This document shows positions 29,954 to 39,906 of a stretch of DNA of 64,000 nt, piece after piece (position 1 is the stretch's first letter; every line of letters starts with the position of its first letter). Source of the DNA: an uncultured cyanobacterium (GTDB lineage: Bacteria; Cyanobacteriota; Cyanobacteriia; Cyanobacteriales; Cyanobacteriaceae); NCBI GenBank assembly GCA_963749915.1, contig CAVVOP010000020.1, positions 128,001 through 192,000 of the forward strand, written 5' to 3'. The notes under the pieces were generated by a model that saw nothing but the letters and a program-made list of their open reading frames with translations, was not told the DNA's origin and searched no databases. The position numbers and the translations under genes were made by a program.

Positions 29954-31522
29954 TTAACTGGGAAGATTTTTGTTTCTATCCTTGCTATTGTGGTCAGATT
30001 TAAATAATTTACAGACCTCTTCACATTTATTTAATAACTCTTTTTTGGCTTGGTCCCTCAGAAATTCTCCCGACTCGATACAAGTGCAGATTGTGGATAG
30101 TTGCTCAATAACTATCTGACGAATGGCTATTTCTGCCTCCCTAATTCTTTCTAAAGGTACCTTGTCTAAAATGCCCTCATTTAATGCCAAAAGTACAGCT
30201 ATTTGTTCAGCAACTGAGAGGGGCTGAGATTGGGGCTGTTGGAGAATCTCACGAACACGCTTTCCCCGTTCTAAGGTTTGGCGAGTATCCTCGTCTAATT
30301 GAGTACCAAATCGGGCAAATACTTCTACTTCCTGAAACTGAGAATAAGATAATCGTAGTTCTCCAGCAACTTCTCTATAGGCAGGTAATTGGGTTTTGCC
30401 ACCCACCCGGGAGACGGATTTCCCCACGGATACTGCCGGCATGATTCCTTTGCGATAGAGGTCAGGAGATAAATAAATTTGACCATCAGTAATTGAGATT
30501 AAGTTGGTAGGAATGTAGGCGGAGATATCTTGAGCTTGGGTTTCCACAATGGGCAGTGCCGTCAAAGAACCACCGCCCAACTCCTCTCGTAAATGGGTGG
30601 AACGCTCTAGCATCCGTGAATGAATGTAAAAAATATCCCCTGGATAGGCTTCTCTGCCGGGAGGACGACGTAATAAAAGGGACAGTTCTCGATATGCCCA
30701 AGCATGACGGGTAAGATCATCATAAACGATTAAAACATCCTGCCCTCGTTCCATAAAGTATTCTCCCATGGAAGTGGCAGCATAGGGAGTAATGTATTGC
30801 AAGCCCGGAGGATCTTCTCCATCGGCTACGACCACAATTGAATACTCGAGGGCATCTCCTTGTCGAAGTTGTTCGATCACTTTCGCCACCGCTGAGGTAC
30901 GTTGACCAATGGCACAGTAGATGCAAATAACATCTTTTCCTTTTTGATTGAGAATAGTATCCACGGCGATCGTTGTTTTACCTGAGGAGCGATCGCCCAA
31001 GATTAACTCTCGCTGTCCTCGTCCCACTGGAATCAACGCATCTACTACTTTCAACCCAGTTTGCAGAAGAACTTCCACTGGAGCACGATCGATAAATGGT
31101 GGTGCTTTACGTTCCATGGGTAATCGTTCTCTCGTGATGATCTTTCCCCCTTCGTCCAGGGGACGACCAATGCCATCAACAATACGTCCTAAGAGGGCTT
31201 TTCCCACTGGTACTTGCAAAATTTGTCCCCTACGCTCTACTTCCTGACCTGCGCTTAAATGCTCACTGTCGCCTAATAAAATTACTCCTAATTCGTCAAT
31301 ATCTAAATTAAAAGCGATGCCTAACACTCCTCCTTCAAAGCAAATCAGTTCATCGACTTTAACTCTTGGCAAGCCAACTACTTTGGCAACTCCCTGATCT
31401 ATGGATTTGAGAATCCCCATTTCTTGTGGTTGGATTTGAAGATGATGTGTTTCTAATCCTTGTTCAAATTTAGTAAATGTTCGCTCCAGAAATGTTTGTA
31501 ATGAGCTTATTTTCGGGTTCAT
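29954..31522 (-). CDS. atpA: N-type F-ATPase alpha subunit
   Basis: [37 protein letters not shown]. Confidence 0.95.
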   Translation of the reverse strand: MNPKISSLQTFLERTFTKFEQGLETHHLQIQPQEMGILKSIDQGVAKVVGLPRVKVDELICFEGGVLGIAFNLDIDELGVILLGDSEHLSAGQEVERRGQILQVPVGKALLGRIVDGIGRPLDEGGKIITRERLPMERKAPPFIDRAPVEVLLQTGLKVVDALIPVGRGQRELILGDRSSGKTTIAVDTILNQKGKDVICIYCAIGQRTSAVAKVIEQLRQGDALEYSIVVVADGEDPPGLQYITPYAATSMGEYFMERGQDVLIVYDDLTRHAWAYRELSLLLRRPPGREAYPGDIFYIHSRMLERSTHLREELGGGSLTALPIVETQAQDISAYIPTNLISITDGQIYLSPDLYRKGIMPAVSVGKSVSRVGGKTQLPAYREVAGELRLSYSQFQEVEVFARFGTQLDEDTRQTLERGKRVREILQQPQSQPLSVAEQIAVLLALNEGILDKVPLERIREAEIAIRQIVIEQLSTICTCIESGEFLRDQAKKELLNKCEEVCKLFKSDHNSKDRNKNLPS

Positions 31523-31601
31523 AGTTTACTCCATCTTGAGATAGACTATTTTTGAGTTTGGCTGTGGAAATTTAAACAAAATTTTGGTTATTTTTATATT
31601 G

Positions 31602-32351
31602 CTAAAAAACTTCAAGATATTTCTCAATGGAGAGCAAATAACTCTTCAAATTCCAAGCAATTTTATAATCACTAGCTTGTAGCTCAATGCCACAAATTAA
31701 TTCTGGTACGGTAGCAAATTCTACTTTGTTACCCTGGTAAATTTGTTGGTGATATAAAGAATTCAAAATCTTTTGGCGACTTTCTGGAGGAACCTCGAAA
31801 CTAGTGTGAATCACTAATCCCTGATCCGATTTTTGGAGGGATTGAGCTAGGGATCGTCGTTCTTGTTGATCCAGATTTTCCAAACGACGAATAAAAGTCA
31901 AGATCACCTGCTGCTCTAAAGAAAAATCTGCCAGTTCTTGGAAAGCACGGCGAGTAATCTCATACACTTGCTGAGTTAATTTTTGTTGTAGATTTTCGAA
32001 AAATTGCTCTTGCTGTTGAGCGATCGCTTCTTTCCAAGCGGTTTGTTTTTCCTTGACTTGCTGACGTGCTTGTTTGACCAAATTATGATACTCTTCCTCC
32101 CCCTCTTTTTGAGCTTGAATCATAATTTCTTGCCGTTTTTGCTGTAACTGCCGTTGTTTTTCCTCGTATAAGACTGCTTGTGCTTCAGCTACTTCTTGTT
32201 TTTCTCTTGCTTCTTGCCAATGGCGATCGATTTCCTCCTGTCGTGCACTAATGGTTTTAATTATCGGTCGATATAAAAAGCGATGTAACAAAAAAACCAG
32301 AATCAGAAAATTGGCCAGTTGGGCGATAATGGTAAACCAATCAATTAACAA
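31602..32351 (-). CDS. atpF: N-type F-ATPase b subunit (long, b-delta-like)
   Basis: MLIDWFT..AQ..NFLILV.LL.RFLY.PI; C-terminal LICGIEL...KIAW. Confidence 0.9.
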   Translation of the reverse strand: MLIDWFTIIAQLANFLILVFLLHRFLYRPIIKTISARQEEIDRHWQEAREKQEVAEAQAVLYEEKQRQLQQKRQEIMIQAQKEGEEEYHNLVKQARQQVKEKQTAWKEAIAQQQEQFFENLQQKLTQQVYEITRRAFQELADFSLEQQVILTFIRRLENLDQQERRSLAQSLQKSDQGLVIHTSFEVPPESRQKILNSLYHQQIYQGNKVEFATVPELICGIELQASDYKIAWNLKSYLLSIEKYLEVF

Positions 32352-32354
32352 GGT

Positions 32355-32630
32355 TTAGCCTCCATTTTCTACAAAATGATTCCAAAAAGGGTTGGCAAAA
32401 ATCAAAATCATCGAAACCACAAAACAATAAATTCCCGTCGATTCCACTAATGCCAAACCGACAAATAGAGTTCGAGTAATAGTATTTGATTGATCTGGCT
32501 GTTGTGCAAGAGCTCGCATGGCATTAGCCAAAGCCAACCCTTCACCAATTGCTGGGCCAATTGCACCGATGGCCATAGTAATACCAGATGTAATAATTGA
32601 AACCATACCGATTAGACCGAGATTATCCAT
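32355..32630 (-). CDS. atpE: N-type F-ATPase c subunit with Na+-type ligand motif
   Basis: GPAIGEG, QQPD loop, ESTGIY; start at MDN after AGGAG. Confidence 0.93.
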   Translation of the reverse strand: MDNLGLIGMVSIITSGITMAIGAIGPAIGEGLALANAMRALAQQPDQSNTITRTLFVGLALVESTGIYCFVVSMILIFANPFWNHFVENGG

Positions 32631-32713
32631 TAAAATTGCTCCTGTTCCAATCACAAGAAAAAACTTCTCTTGCTTGATTCTATATTTAATATGGTAAAGT
32701 CATGTAGATAAAC

Positions 32714-33001
32714 TCAATCGAAATGTAAAGAAATGTGTGCTTTTGCCCTGGCATAGGTATAGGCATTCAGGTGGTAAAGACCGACATACTTCATCTCGTC
32801 GTAGCCCTGGGCATTGGGCAGTGCGTAATCTGCCTCACCCAGGTGCCATTTGCCCGTGAAAAAGGTGCGGTAGTCTGCCTGTTTCAGCACGGAGGCCAGC
32901 GTCCACTCTGTTGCGGGTAAGCCGCCGCCATAAGGACCGAGATCGCCATAGCCTGTGTCATCAGTCACAAGCAGAATAATGTTTGGTTTTTTGTCCGGCA
33001 T
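32714..33001 (-). pseudogene. Arylsulfatase remnant (internal deletion and 3' truncation)
   Basis: KPNIILLVTDDTGYGDLG and GKWHLG present, but the CxPxR catalytic segment between them is missing; 95 aa only. Confidence 0.85.
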
Positions 33002-33031
33002 TGTTTTGTCTCTCCATTAAATGGTCATTAG

Positions 33032-33052
33032 TTGGCAGGATTCACCTGCCAA
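33032..33052. terminator. Perfect 8-bp hairpin, possible terminator or stabiliser
   Basis: TTGGCAGG-attca-CCTGCCAA. Confidence 0.4.
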
Positions 33053-33078
33053 TGGATTTAATTGCGTATCCGTTTGAT

Positions 33079-33810
33079 CTAAATTGAGACTTCAAAAGCT
33101 ACTCCCTCACAAATAAACTGAGGATAATTAGTTAAAATATTTTGTCTTTCTTCTTCCCCTACAAAAATATATGTACCGACTTGTTGACTATTTTGAAAGC
33201 GATAAAAATCAACCCCTTTATTGGCATCCCCGTTATAGACATAAAAGGCAATACCTTCCTCCATAAAATTGGTATAGTTGGCACGAATACTAATACTTTC
33301 TGATTCTCCTGCATAAAGATAAGTACCGGGTATATCTTTATTTTGAAAACGATTCATCACAATTAAATCATCATCAGGTGCGATCGCTACTTTAAAAGCC
33401 TCGCCTTCTTCGGTAAAGTTAGAATAATTAGCAATAATACTTTGTCTTTCTTCTTCCCCCACAAAAATATAAGTACCCAAGACATCAGTATTTTGAAACC
33501 GATAAATAGGATTATTTAATAGATCATCAATATTATCATCTCCACGATTGGCAATATCATGGCTCAAAATTTGTAAATTATCCTCACCATCAGCAATGTA
33601 AATATATTCTTCAACCACTGTTAAAGCGTTTGCATTACCAAGAGTATCATAAGAGTCAATGAGAGAAATATTATTAGGATCACTAATATCGATGATTTCT
33701 ACTCCTTCTTGATTAGTGAGATAAGCATAGTTTCCAACTACCTCAAGGTCTTTAGTAGGATAATTGTTATCATAAGAACCTATGGTATGAGGATTAGCTG
33801 GATCACTAAT
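33079..33810 (-). pseudogene. 3' fragment of a surface/secreted protein with LVIVD repeats and three C-terminal YRFQN...GTYIFV repeats; cut by the IS end
   Basis: VVGNYAY, VEIIDISDP repeats; frame begins exactly at the IS left end (ISDPANP). Confidence 0.75.
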
Positions 33811-35312
33811 CTGACTTTTCACGGCATCTCTGAAAGGCACTCTGGAAAGGCATTATAGACTTAGGGCAGTTTTTGAGGTAGAGTAAAGAAAAACTAGTGA
33901 GTAGAGGTAAAAAAATGTTGGATTGGTGGATGAAAAACTTTGCCAGTTGTGACTTGGGAGACGAACGTTTGAACGACAGAGCCTTCTTAATAGGCAAAGC
34001 TTTAAGTCAAGGATTTGGCAAAGCACTCTCAGAAATATTTAAAAGTGCTAATGAGTTAAAAAGGTCATATGAATTTTTGCCAATTTAAAAACAAATTTTG
34101 CCAAGATAATATGGCCGCATTGTCAAATGACAATCGCCGCCGTTGAAGAACATAATACTATTTTATCGGTAGGAGACACTACCTATCTTGATTATCGTGG
34201 AATTAAGGAAAAAAAGGAAGGGTATGGACCGACCGGTAATGGTGGGAATGGCTTAATTCTTCATAGTTCCCTAGGAATAGACCCCCAAATAGGACAAACA
34301 ATCGGATTACTGTGGCAAAAACTTTGGAATCGCGACCACAAACCCAAACCCCCCAAAGATGAAACAGCAGAAGCAAAAAAAGAACGTCAAAAACTTGCCA
34401 GAAAAGCTGCACGTCAAAGACCTTTTGAAGATAAAGAATCCTATAAATGGGTAGAATCCATTAACGAACTAGAAAAACAAGTAGACGTTTCAACCAAGGT
34501 GATTCATATCTTTGACCGAGAAGGAGATATTACAGAAGTTTTTGATAAAGTACGTCAATGCAAACATACAGGAATAGTGGTAAGGGCAGCACATGACCGC
34601 AGTTTAAATGCTGATAGCGAAAGACTTTGGGCAAAAATGGAATCAATACCTATTAATTTTGAACAAGAGATTGAGATCCCTGCTACCCCTAAACGTCGAG
34701 CTCGTAAAGCTAAATTAGCAGTGCGGTTTTCTCAAGTTCAACTGCGAGTACCATTAAGATTTGACTGTCGTGATCCCTTAAATGTCTACGCAGTTTATGC
34801 TACAGAAATCGATTGCCCAGAAGGGGAAACTCCTTTATCTTGGATGCTTTTAACCACAGAAGTTGTAGATTCAATAGACATGGCTGCAACCATTCTCAGA
34901 TGGTACACTTACCGTTGGCATGTAGAGAAGTATCATAAGATTTTAAAATCAGGTTGTCAAGCCGAACAGTATAGACTTGCTGCTGATGGGATGAAAACTT
35001 TATTAGGTTTTTTAAGTGTTATTGCGGTTGAACTCTTACAGGTAACTTATCTCCATCGTACTCAGCCAGAAGCTCCTGCTATTTCTATTCTTAACCCTGT
35101 TCAGGTTGAAGTTTTAAAAGCCAAATCTAGAAAACTTCCTCCTGTTTTAACTATATCTTGGGCAGTAGAGGCTGTTGCTTCTCTTGGGGGTTATCTTGAA
35201 CATCGACGTAAGACCCCTATTGGTATCCAAGTTCTCTGGCGTGGTTGGTTAAATTTACATGAACTATGTGAAGGCTGGAAGCTTGCAAAAAGCACTTAAC
35301 GTGAAAAGTCAG
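33811..35312 (+). mobile_element. IS4-family (IS50/Tn5-like) insertion sequence, about 1.5 kb
   Basis: 13-bp terminal inverted repeats CTGACTTTTCACG; internal DDE transposase; no matching target duplication. Confidence 0.92.
33915..35299 (+). CDS. IS4/Tn5-family transposase split by a -1 frameshift near 34074-34078
   Basis: ORF1 LGDERL..R (Tn5 DNA-binding N-terminus); ORF2 GDTT, DREGD, W.LLTT, Y..RW.VE.YH..LK (YREK); adding one T to GAATTTTTG fuses them as EFFAN. Confidence 0.85.
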
Positions 35313-35709
35313 ATCTCCCTATATGTTAGTGATCGCTGACATGAAGGCAAAACAAGCAGGTTTAAATATTCAATGGCTACATAGTCAAGCAGAAGCGACA
35401 CAACTTGAGGATGAACAGTTTGATTTAATTACAGCTAGTTTGTTATTCCATGAAACTCCCTCTTCAATTGCTCAAGCTATACTCCAGGAGTGTTTTCGTC
35501 TGTTAATACCAGGAGGACAAATTCTGATATTAGATGGCAATCAAAAAACTATCCGTCATACATCTTGGTTAACAAAGGTTTTTGAAGAACCCTATATTAA
35601 AGACTATGCAGAAGGCAGTATCGATGCTTGGATGGGTGCTGCTGGTTTTGCTCAGATCCGCACAGATGATGTCTGGTGGATGAATCAAGTTACTCGTGCC
35701 ACTAAGTAA
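35313..35709 (+). pseudogene. 3' half of a class I SAM methyltransferase, truncated by the IS
   Basis: Frame starts SPYMLV right after the IS end (normally GIDLSPYM); FDLITASLLFHE, RLL.PGG present; motif I absent. Confidence 0.8.
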
Positions 35710-35769
35710 TTTACATTAGACCTGTTGTGAAATAACATGTTATCATCTTGAAAGGGCTGGTATATAAAT

Positions 35770-37332
35770 CTACCAAGAATGCAATGCTCTCAACTGAGGT
35801 GTTTTTTTCAATTGATGGGCTTCCATACGAGTTAGGACATCATCCAAAATAGTGATCGCTTCAGCAATGAATGGTCCTTTATTCAACATAACACACTCGG
35901 CTCGTTCAGCCATTGCCGCATCAGTCATTTCTCCTCGGGAAGGTGCTCCTTTTTTCACCAAGTTTTCCAAAACTTGGGTTGCCCAAATCACGGGAACATG
36001 AGCCGCTTCACACAGCCAGAGAATTTCCTCTTGGATTTCCGTTAAACGTTGGTATCCAATTTCAACCGCCAAATCGCCCCTAGCAATCATGACTCCGAAT
36101 GAACGCTTACCTGCCGCATGAATGATTAATTCTGGTAGATTAAGAACCGCTATAGGGGTTTCAATTTTTGCCACGATTGCCAGTGGGGCAAGTCGGCCGT
36201 TGGAACGCTGGTCTAATTCTTGTTGTAGTAACTGAATATCGGCAGCTTTTTGCACAAAAGAGTAACCAATGATGTCTGCATGAGTTGCCACAAAGTCTAG
36301 ATCCTGTAAATCTTTTTCCGTCAGGGGATTGAGGGGTAAGACCGTGTTCGGAAAATTCAAGCCCTTTTCAGGCTTAAGTTTAACCCCTTTAGGCGGTGCA
36401 TGGGTCACTTGGAGTAAGAGTCCTGATTGTCCATTAGGTATTGGCAATTGGGAATCAACCACACGAGTCCGGATTTTGCCATCGTCGATATATACTGGTG
36501 TGCCAACGGTCAGAAGTTCAATAATTTCCGGAACGGTACAATAGGTTTGGAAATAATCCACAGATCCTGAAATTGCTTCACCTGAAAGAGTTTCACTTCC
36601 CAATTCACTGGGAGATCCTAATAGCAGAATATGATCTCCTCGAAATACCCTTTTTTTGTCCGGTGGTGCAACCACTGAACCAGTGCGGATTTTCGGACCA
36701 GCTAAGTCCATCATCACCCGGCAATTGACACCGATTTCTTGTTCTGCCAGTCGCACATGACGGATCATGCTTTCCCAAGCTTTTGGTAGATCGTGGGCAC
36801 AATTAATGCGGACACAGCTTGCACCTCGTTGGAGAATATCTCGCACCAGTCCATAGTCGGTGGCGGCTTCTGTGGGTAACGTGACCATAATTCTGACCCG
36901 TCGATGGGGTAAGGTGTGACCAAACAATTTCTCCGTGTGTTGCCGTAATAATTGCTCACCCTCAAAAAAAGCCTCAATGGGTGGACGTTTAATTTCAGGA
37001 GATTTAAACCCGCAAATCATTTCCAGAGTGGCAATGACTGCATCGAGATTGGGCATCACTCTGCCCTCAATACGCCCGAGGGAAGACAATCCCCAAGGTG
37101 TAAGTGCTACTTGGAGGGAACGTAAATCGTGCCGCCGTAAGGCTAGATACTGAGCCAAATTCAGTGCACTGGAGAGAAACTCAGAACGCTGGATGTGTCC
37201 TCGCCATTGGTTAAAGATGGCTTGTCCTTCAGTCTCAACGGTTTGACGAAGTTCTTTGAGGGTAGAGAGTAAAACCTCTGGACTGTCGAGATTAAGAGGT
37301 GAAACACTTAGGTCTAATGTCGAAGGAATCAT
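35770..37332 (-). CDS. pyk: Divergent pyruvate kinase (N-terminal extension, no C-terminal regulatory domain)
   Basis: RINCAH, DLAGPKIRTG, IDDGKI, AKIET, MIARGDL, WATQVLE, CVMLNKG. Confidence 0.88.
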   Translation of the reverse strand: MIPSTLDLSVSPLNLDSPEVLLSTLKELRQTVETEGQAIFNQWRGHIQRSEFLSSALNLAQYLALRRHDLRSLQVALTPWGLSSLGRIEGRVMPNLDAVIATLEMICGFKSPEIKRPPIEAFFEGEQLLRQHTEKLFGHTLPHRRVRIMVTLPTEAATDYGLVRDILQRGASCVRINCAHDLPKAWESMIRHVRLAEQEIGVNCRVMMDLAGPKIRTGSVVAPPDKKRVFRGDHILLLGSPSELGSETLSGEAISGSVDYFQTYCTVPEIIELLTVGTPVYIDDGKIRTRVVDSQLPIPNGQSGLLLQVTHAPPKGVKLKPEKGLNFPNTVLPLNPLTEKDLQDLDFVATHADIIGYSFVQKAADIQLLQQELDQRSNGRLAPLAIVAKIETPIAVLNLPELIIHAAGKRSFGVMIARGDLAVEIGYQRLTEIQEEILWLCEAAHVPVIWATQVLENLVKKGAPSRGEMTDAAMAERAECVMLNKGPFIAEAITILDDVLTRMEAHQLKKTPQLRALHSW

Positions 37333-37449
37333 AAGTTGAGTCTAATTGACAACTAGTTTTAATGATTATGGTCAAGGTATTCAAACTTAACTATGTTCAA
37401 GTTAGCTTTCACAAAAGTATAGTTTTAAACTGTTTAAAGTATAGCCTAT

Positions 37450-37833
37450 TCAGAGAGGAGAAGACTTAAACGCAAAAAAGGTTAAACATCCCCAACCGAC
37501 AATAAAAGCAACTCCACCTAAAGGAGTAATCGCACCTAACCACTTGACCCCTGTCAAACTCAAAGCATATAAACTACCAGAAAATAATAAAATTCCTACC
37601 ATAAAAGCAACGGCGGCAGTATTTAACCAAATTGAAGGTATTTTTTCCACTTTTGTTAAAATAGCGATGAGAAATAAACCGATACTATGGTACATTTGAT
37701 ATTTAATGCCTGTTTCCCAAATCGATAAAGCATAATCCGTTAAAATGGTTTTAAGACTATGAGAAGCAAAAGCACCACCAATGACGGCCAAACCAGCTAA
37801 AATTGACGCAATGGCTAAAAATAAGTTATTCAT
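37450..37833 (-). CDS. DUF423 membrane protein
   Basis: GAFASH, YQMYH, LFSGSLY, GAITPLGG. Confidence 0.92.
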   Translation of the reverse strand: MNNLFLAIASILAGLAVIGGAFASHSLKTILTDYALSIWETGIKYQMYHSIGLFLIAILTKVEKIPSIWLNTAAVAFMVGILLFSGSLYALSLTGVKWLGAITPLGGVAFIVGWGCLTFFAFKSSPL

Positions 37834-37889
37834 CGGCAGAAAATAGGTGTTAGTAAAATAAGATCAAATTATTTAATTTACTGATTGTT

Positions 37890-39557
37890 TTGAATTATTT
37901 AGATAAATTATTACATCCCTTAACGGATTTCGTCTCACCTGAAGAAATCGAAGAAAAAGAAGTAGTGACCTATTATTATCAGGGAACTTGTCCTCAAACG
38001 GGTGTTACCCTTAAATTACCTCGCACTATCTTAGGGGAAAAAATCGCCTTAAGTTTATGTCGTCAATTAAAAGAAACTAACTTTCACACCGTCAAAGGAA
38101 AAATGTTAGGGATTTTGATTGTCAAAGATAGTCAAGGAAAATTAGGAGTAATTAAAGCCTTTTCGGGATTATTAAACGGTAAAAAAGAAGTTAACGGTTG
38201 GGTGTCACAAATTCCGGGTTATTCTCTGATTGCTTTAGCGGAAAGTCTTACCCTTAAACAGTTGGATGAGATTAAGCAAGAAATTCTCTTCCTTAAAAAC
38301 TTATCCCTTCGTCAAGACTATCAAAAACTATCCGCTGAATATCAACGTCAATGGCAGGATTTAAAAATTACTCATCGTCAGAGAAAAGAAGATAGAGATA
38401 AAAACAGGTTTTTAGCCACCGATACCTTAGAAAAAGAAGAATTAACCAAAATACTCCATAATTTACAGCAAGAAAGTCGTCGAGATGATTGGGAAAGACG
38501 CAATTTGAAACATCAATGGCAGGATCAATTAAATCCTTTGACAGAAGAAATTAACATCGCTAACCTCAAAATTCAACAACTCAAACAACGACGAAAAGAA
38601 TTATCAAAACAGTTACAGGCACAAATGCAAACAGCCTATACTATTACTAATTTTGCTGGGGATAGTTTAAGCGTAGGAAAATTACTGGGCAAAACTTTCA
38701 TCCCCACTGGTACGGGAGATTGTTGCACCCCAAAATTATTACACCATGCCGCTACTAATCATCTACAACCCATGATGATGGCTGAATTTTGGTGGGGGGA
38801 AAACTCTCCTAATGGTGAAAAAGTCGAAGGTCTTTTTTATCCTGCTTGTGTGGAAAGATGTCAACCGTTAATGGGTTTTCTATTATCAGGTTTACCTACT
38901 TTTACCACCGTTAATACTCAAGAATCAATCCCCATTATTTATGATGATGACTGGCTATTAGTAGTAAATAAACCCTGTGATTTATTATCGGTATCTGGTA
39001 GAGGAAGTCATAATTTTGACAGTGTCGAGTCTCGTTTTAGACAGATTGCCACAGATACATCTAACATCTGGCCTATCACAGTCCATAGATTAGATCAAGA
39101 TACTTCAGGAATATTAATTTTGGCAAAAACCCAAGAAAGTTATATCAACCTATCTCAACAATTTGCCCAAAGGCAGGTTAAAAAAGTTTATGAGGCAGTG
39201 TTAAATGATTTAATTTCTCTATCAGAGGGCATTGTTGACTTACCATTATGGGCTAACCCTTTAATACGACCTCGTCAAGAGGTAAATTATGATCATGGTA
39301 AACCTAGTGTTACTCATTTTCAGGTGATGGGGGTAGAAAATGGACAAACACGCTTAGAATTAAAGCCGATCACGGGAAGAACTCACCAGCTAAGAGTCCA
39401 TTGTGCCAAAGGTTTAGGGGTTGCTATCAAAGGCGATCGCCTTTACGGAAAATCCCAGGATAATAGTCGAAGATTGTATCTTCACGCCCGTGAAATTAGT
39501 TTTACCCATCCACAACAAACAAAAGTGATACATTTACACACGGAAACACCTTTTTAA
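37890..39557 (+). CDS. RluA-family pseudouridine synthase with long N-terminal domain
   Basis: VNKP, HRLDQDTSG, TGRTHQLRVH, LYLHA. Confidence 0.92.
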   Translation: MNYLDKLLHPLTDFVSPEEIEEKEVVTYYYQGTCPQTGVTLKLPRTILGEKIALSLCRQLKETNFHTVKGKMLGILIVKDSQGKLGVIKAFSGLLNGKKEVNGWVSQIPGYSLIALAESLTLKQLDEIKQEILFLKNLSLRQDYQKLSAEYQRQWQDLKITHRQRKEDRDKNRFLATDTLEKEELTKILHNLQQESRRDDWERRNLKHQWQDQLNPLTEEINIANLKIQQLKQRRKELSKQLQAQMQTAYTITNFAGDSLSVGKLLGKTFIPTGTGDCCTPKLLHHAATNHLQPMMMAEFWWGENSPNGEKVEGLFYPACVERCQPLMGFLLSGLPTFTTVNTQESIPIIYDDDWLLVVNKPCDLLSVSGRGSHNFDSVESRFRQIATDTSNIWPITVHRLDQDTSGILILAKTQESYINLSQQFAQRQVKKVYEAVLNDLISLSEGIVDLPLWANPLIRPRQEVNYDHGKPSVTHFQVMGVENGQTRLELKPITGRTHQLRVHCAKGLGVAIKGDRLYGKSQDNSRRLYLHAREISFTHPQQTKVIHLHTETPF

Positions 39558-39607
39558 AAAGGTGTAAAACATCAAACATAAACTCGTTAACTATTACTTA
39601 CTTACCG

Positions 39608-39859
39608 ATGAACATCATTCTTTATAGTAAACCTGGATGCCATTTATGCGAGGGATTAGAAGAAAAATTACGAGCTATTACTGATATTAAATTAGAAATA
39701 GAAATCAGAGATATTAATACTAATAATCAATGGTGGGAAATGTATCAATATGAAATTCCAGTGCTGTTATTGGCAACGGAAAAAGGAGAACTATTGATCC
39801 CTCGCCCTTCTCCTCGAATTTCGGTGGTGCAATTGACAAAAATTTTACAGAAATATTAA
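39608..39859 (+). CDS. Glutaredoxin-like protein (DUF836)
   Basis: LYSKPGCHLC, YEIPVL. Confidence 0.88.
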   Translation: MNIILYSKPGCHLCEGLEEKLRAITDIKLEIEIRDINTNNQWWEMYQYEIPVLLLATEKGELLIPRPSPRISVVQLTKILQKY

Positions 39860-39906
39860 CAAGGATATTTCTATAAAAATAGTTATAACTTAATTAAATC
39901 ATTGGA

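Noticed and set aside
33806..33997. Minus-strand ORF and apparent start MPFRDAVKSQ of the LVIVD ORF
   Set aside because: Derived from IS end sequence, not a native gene start
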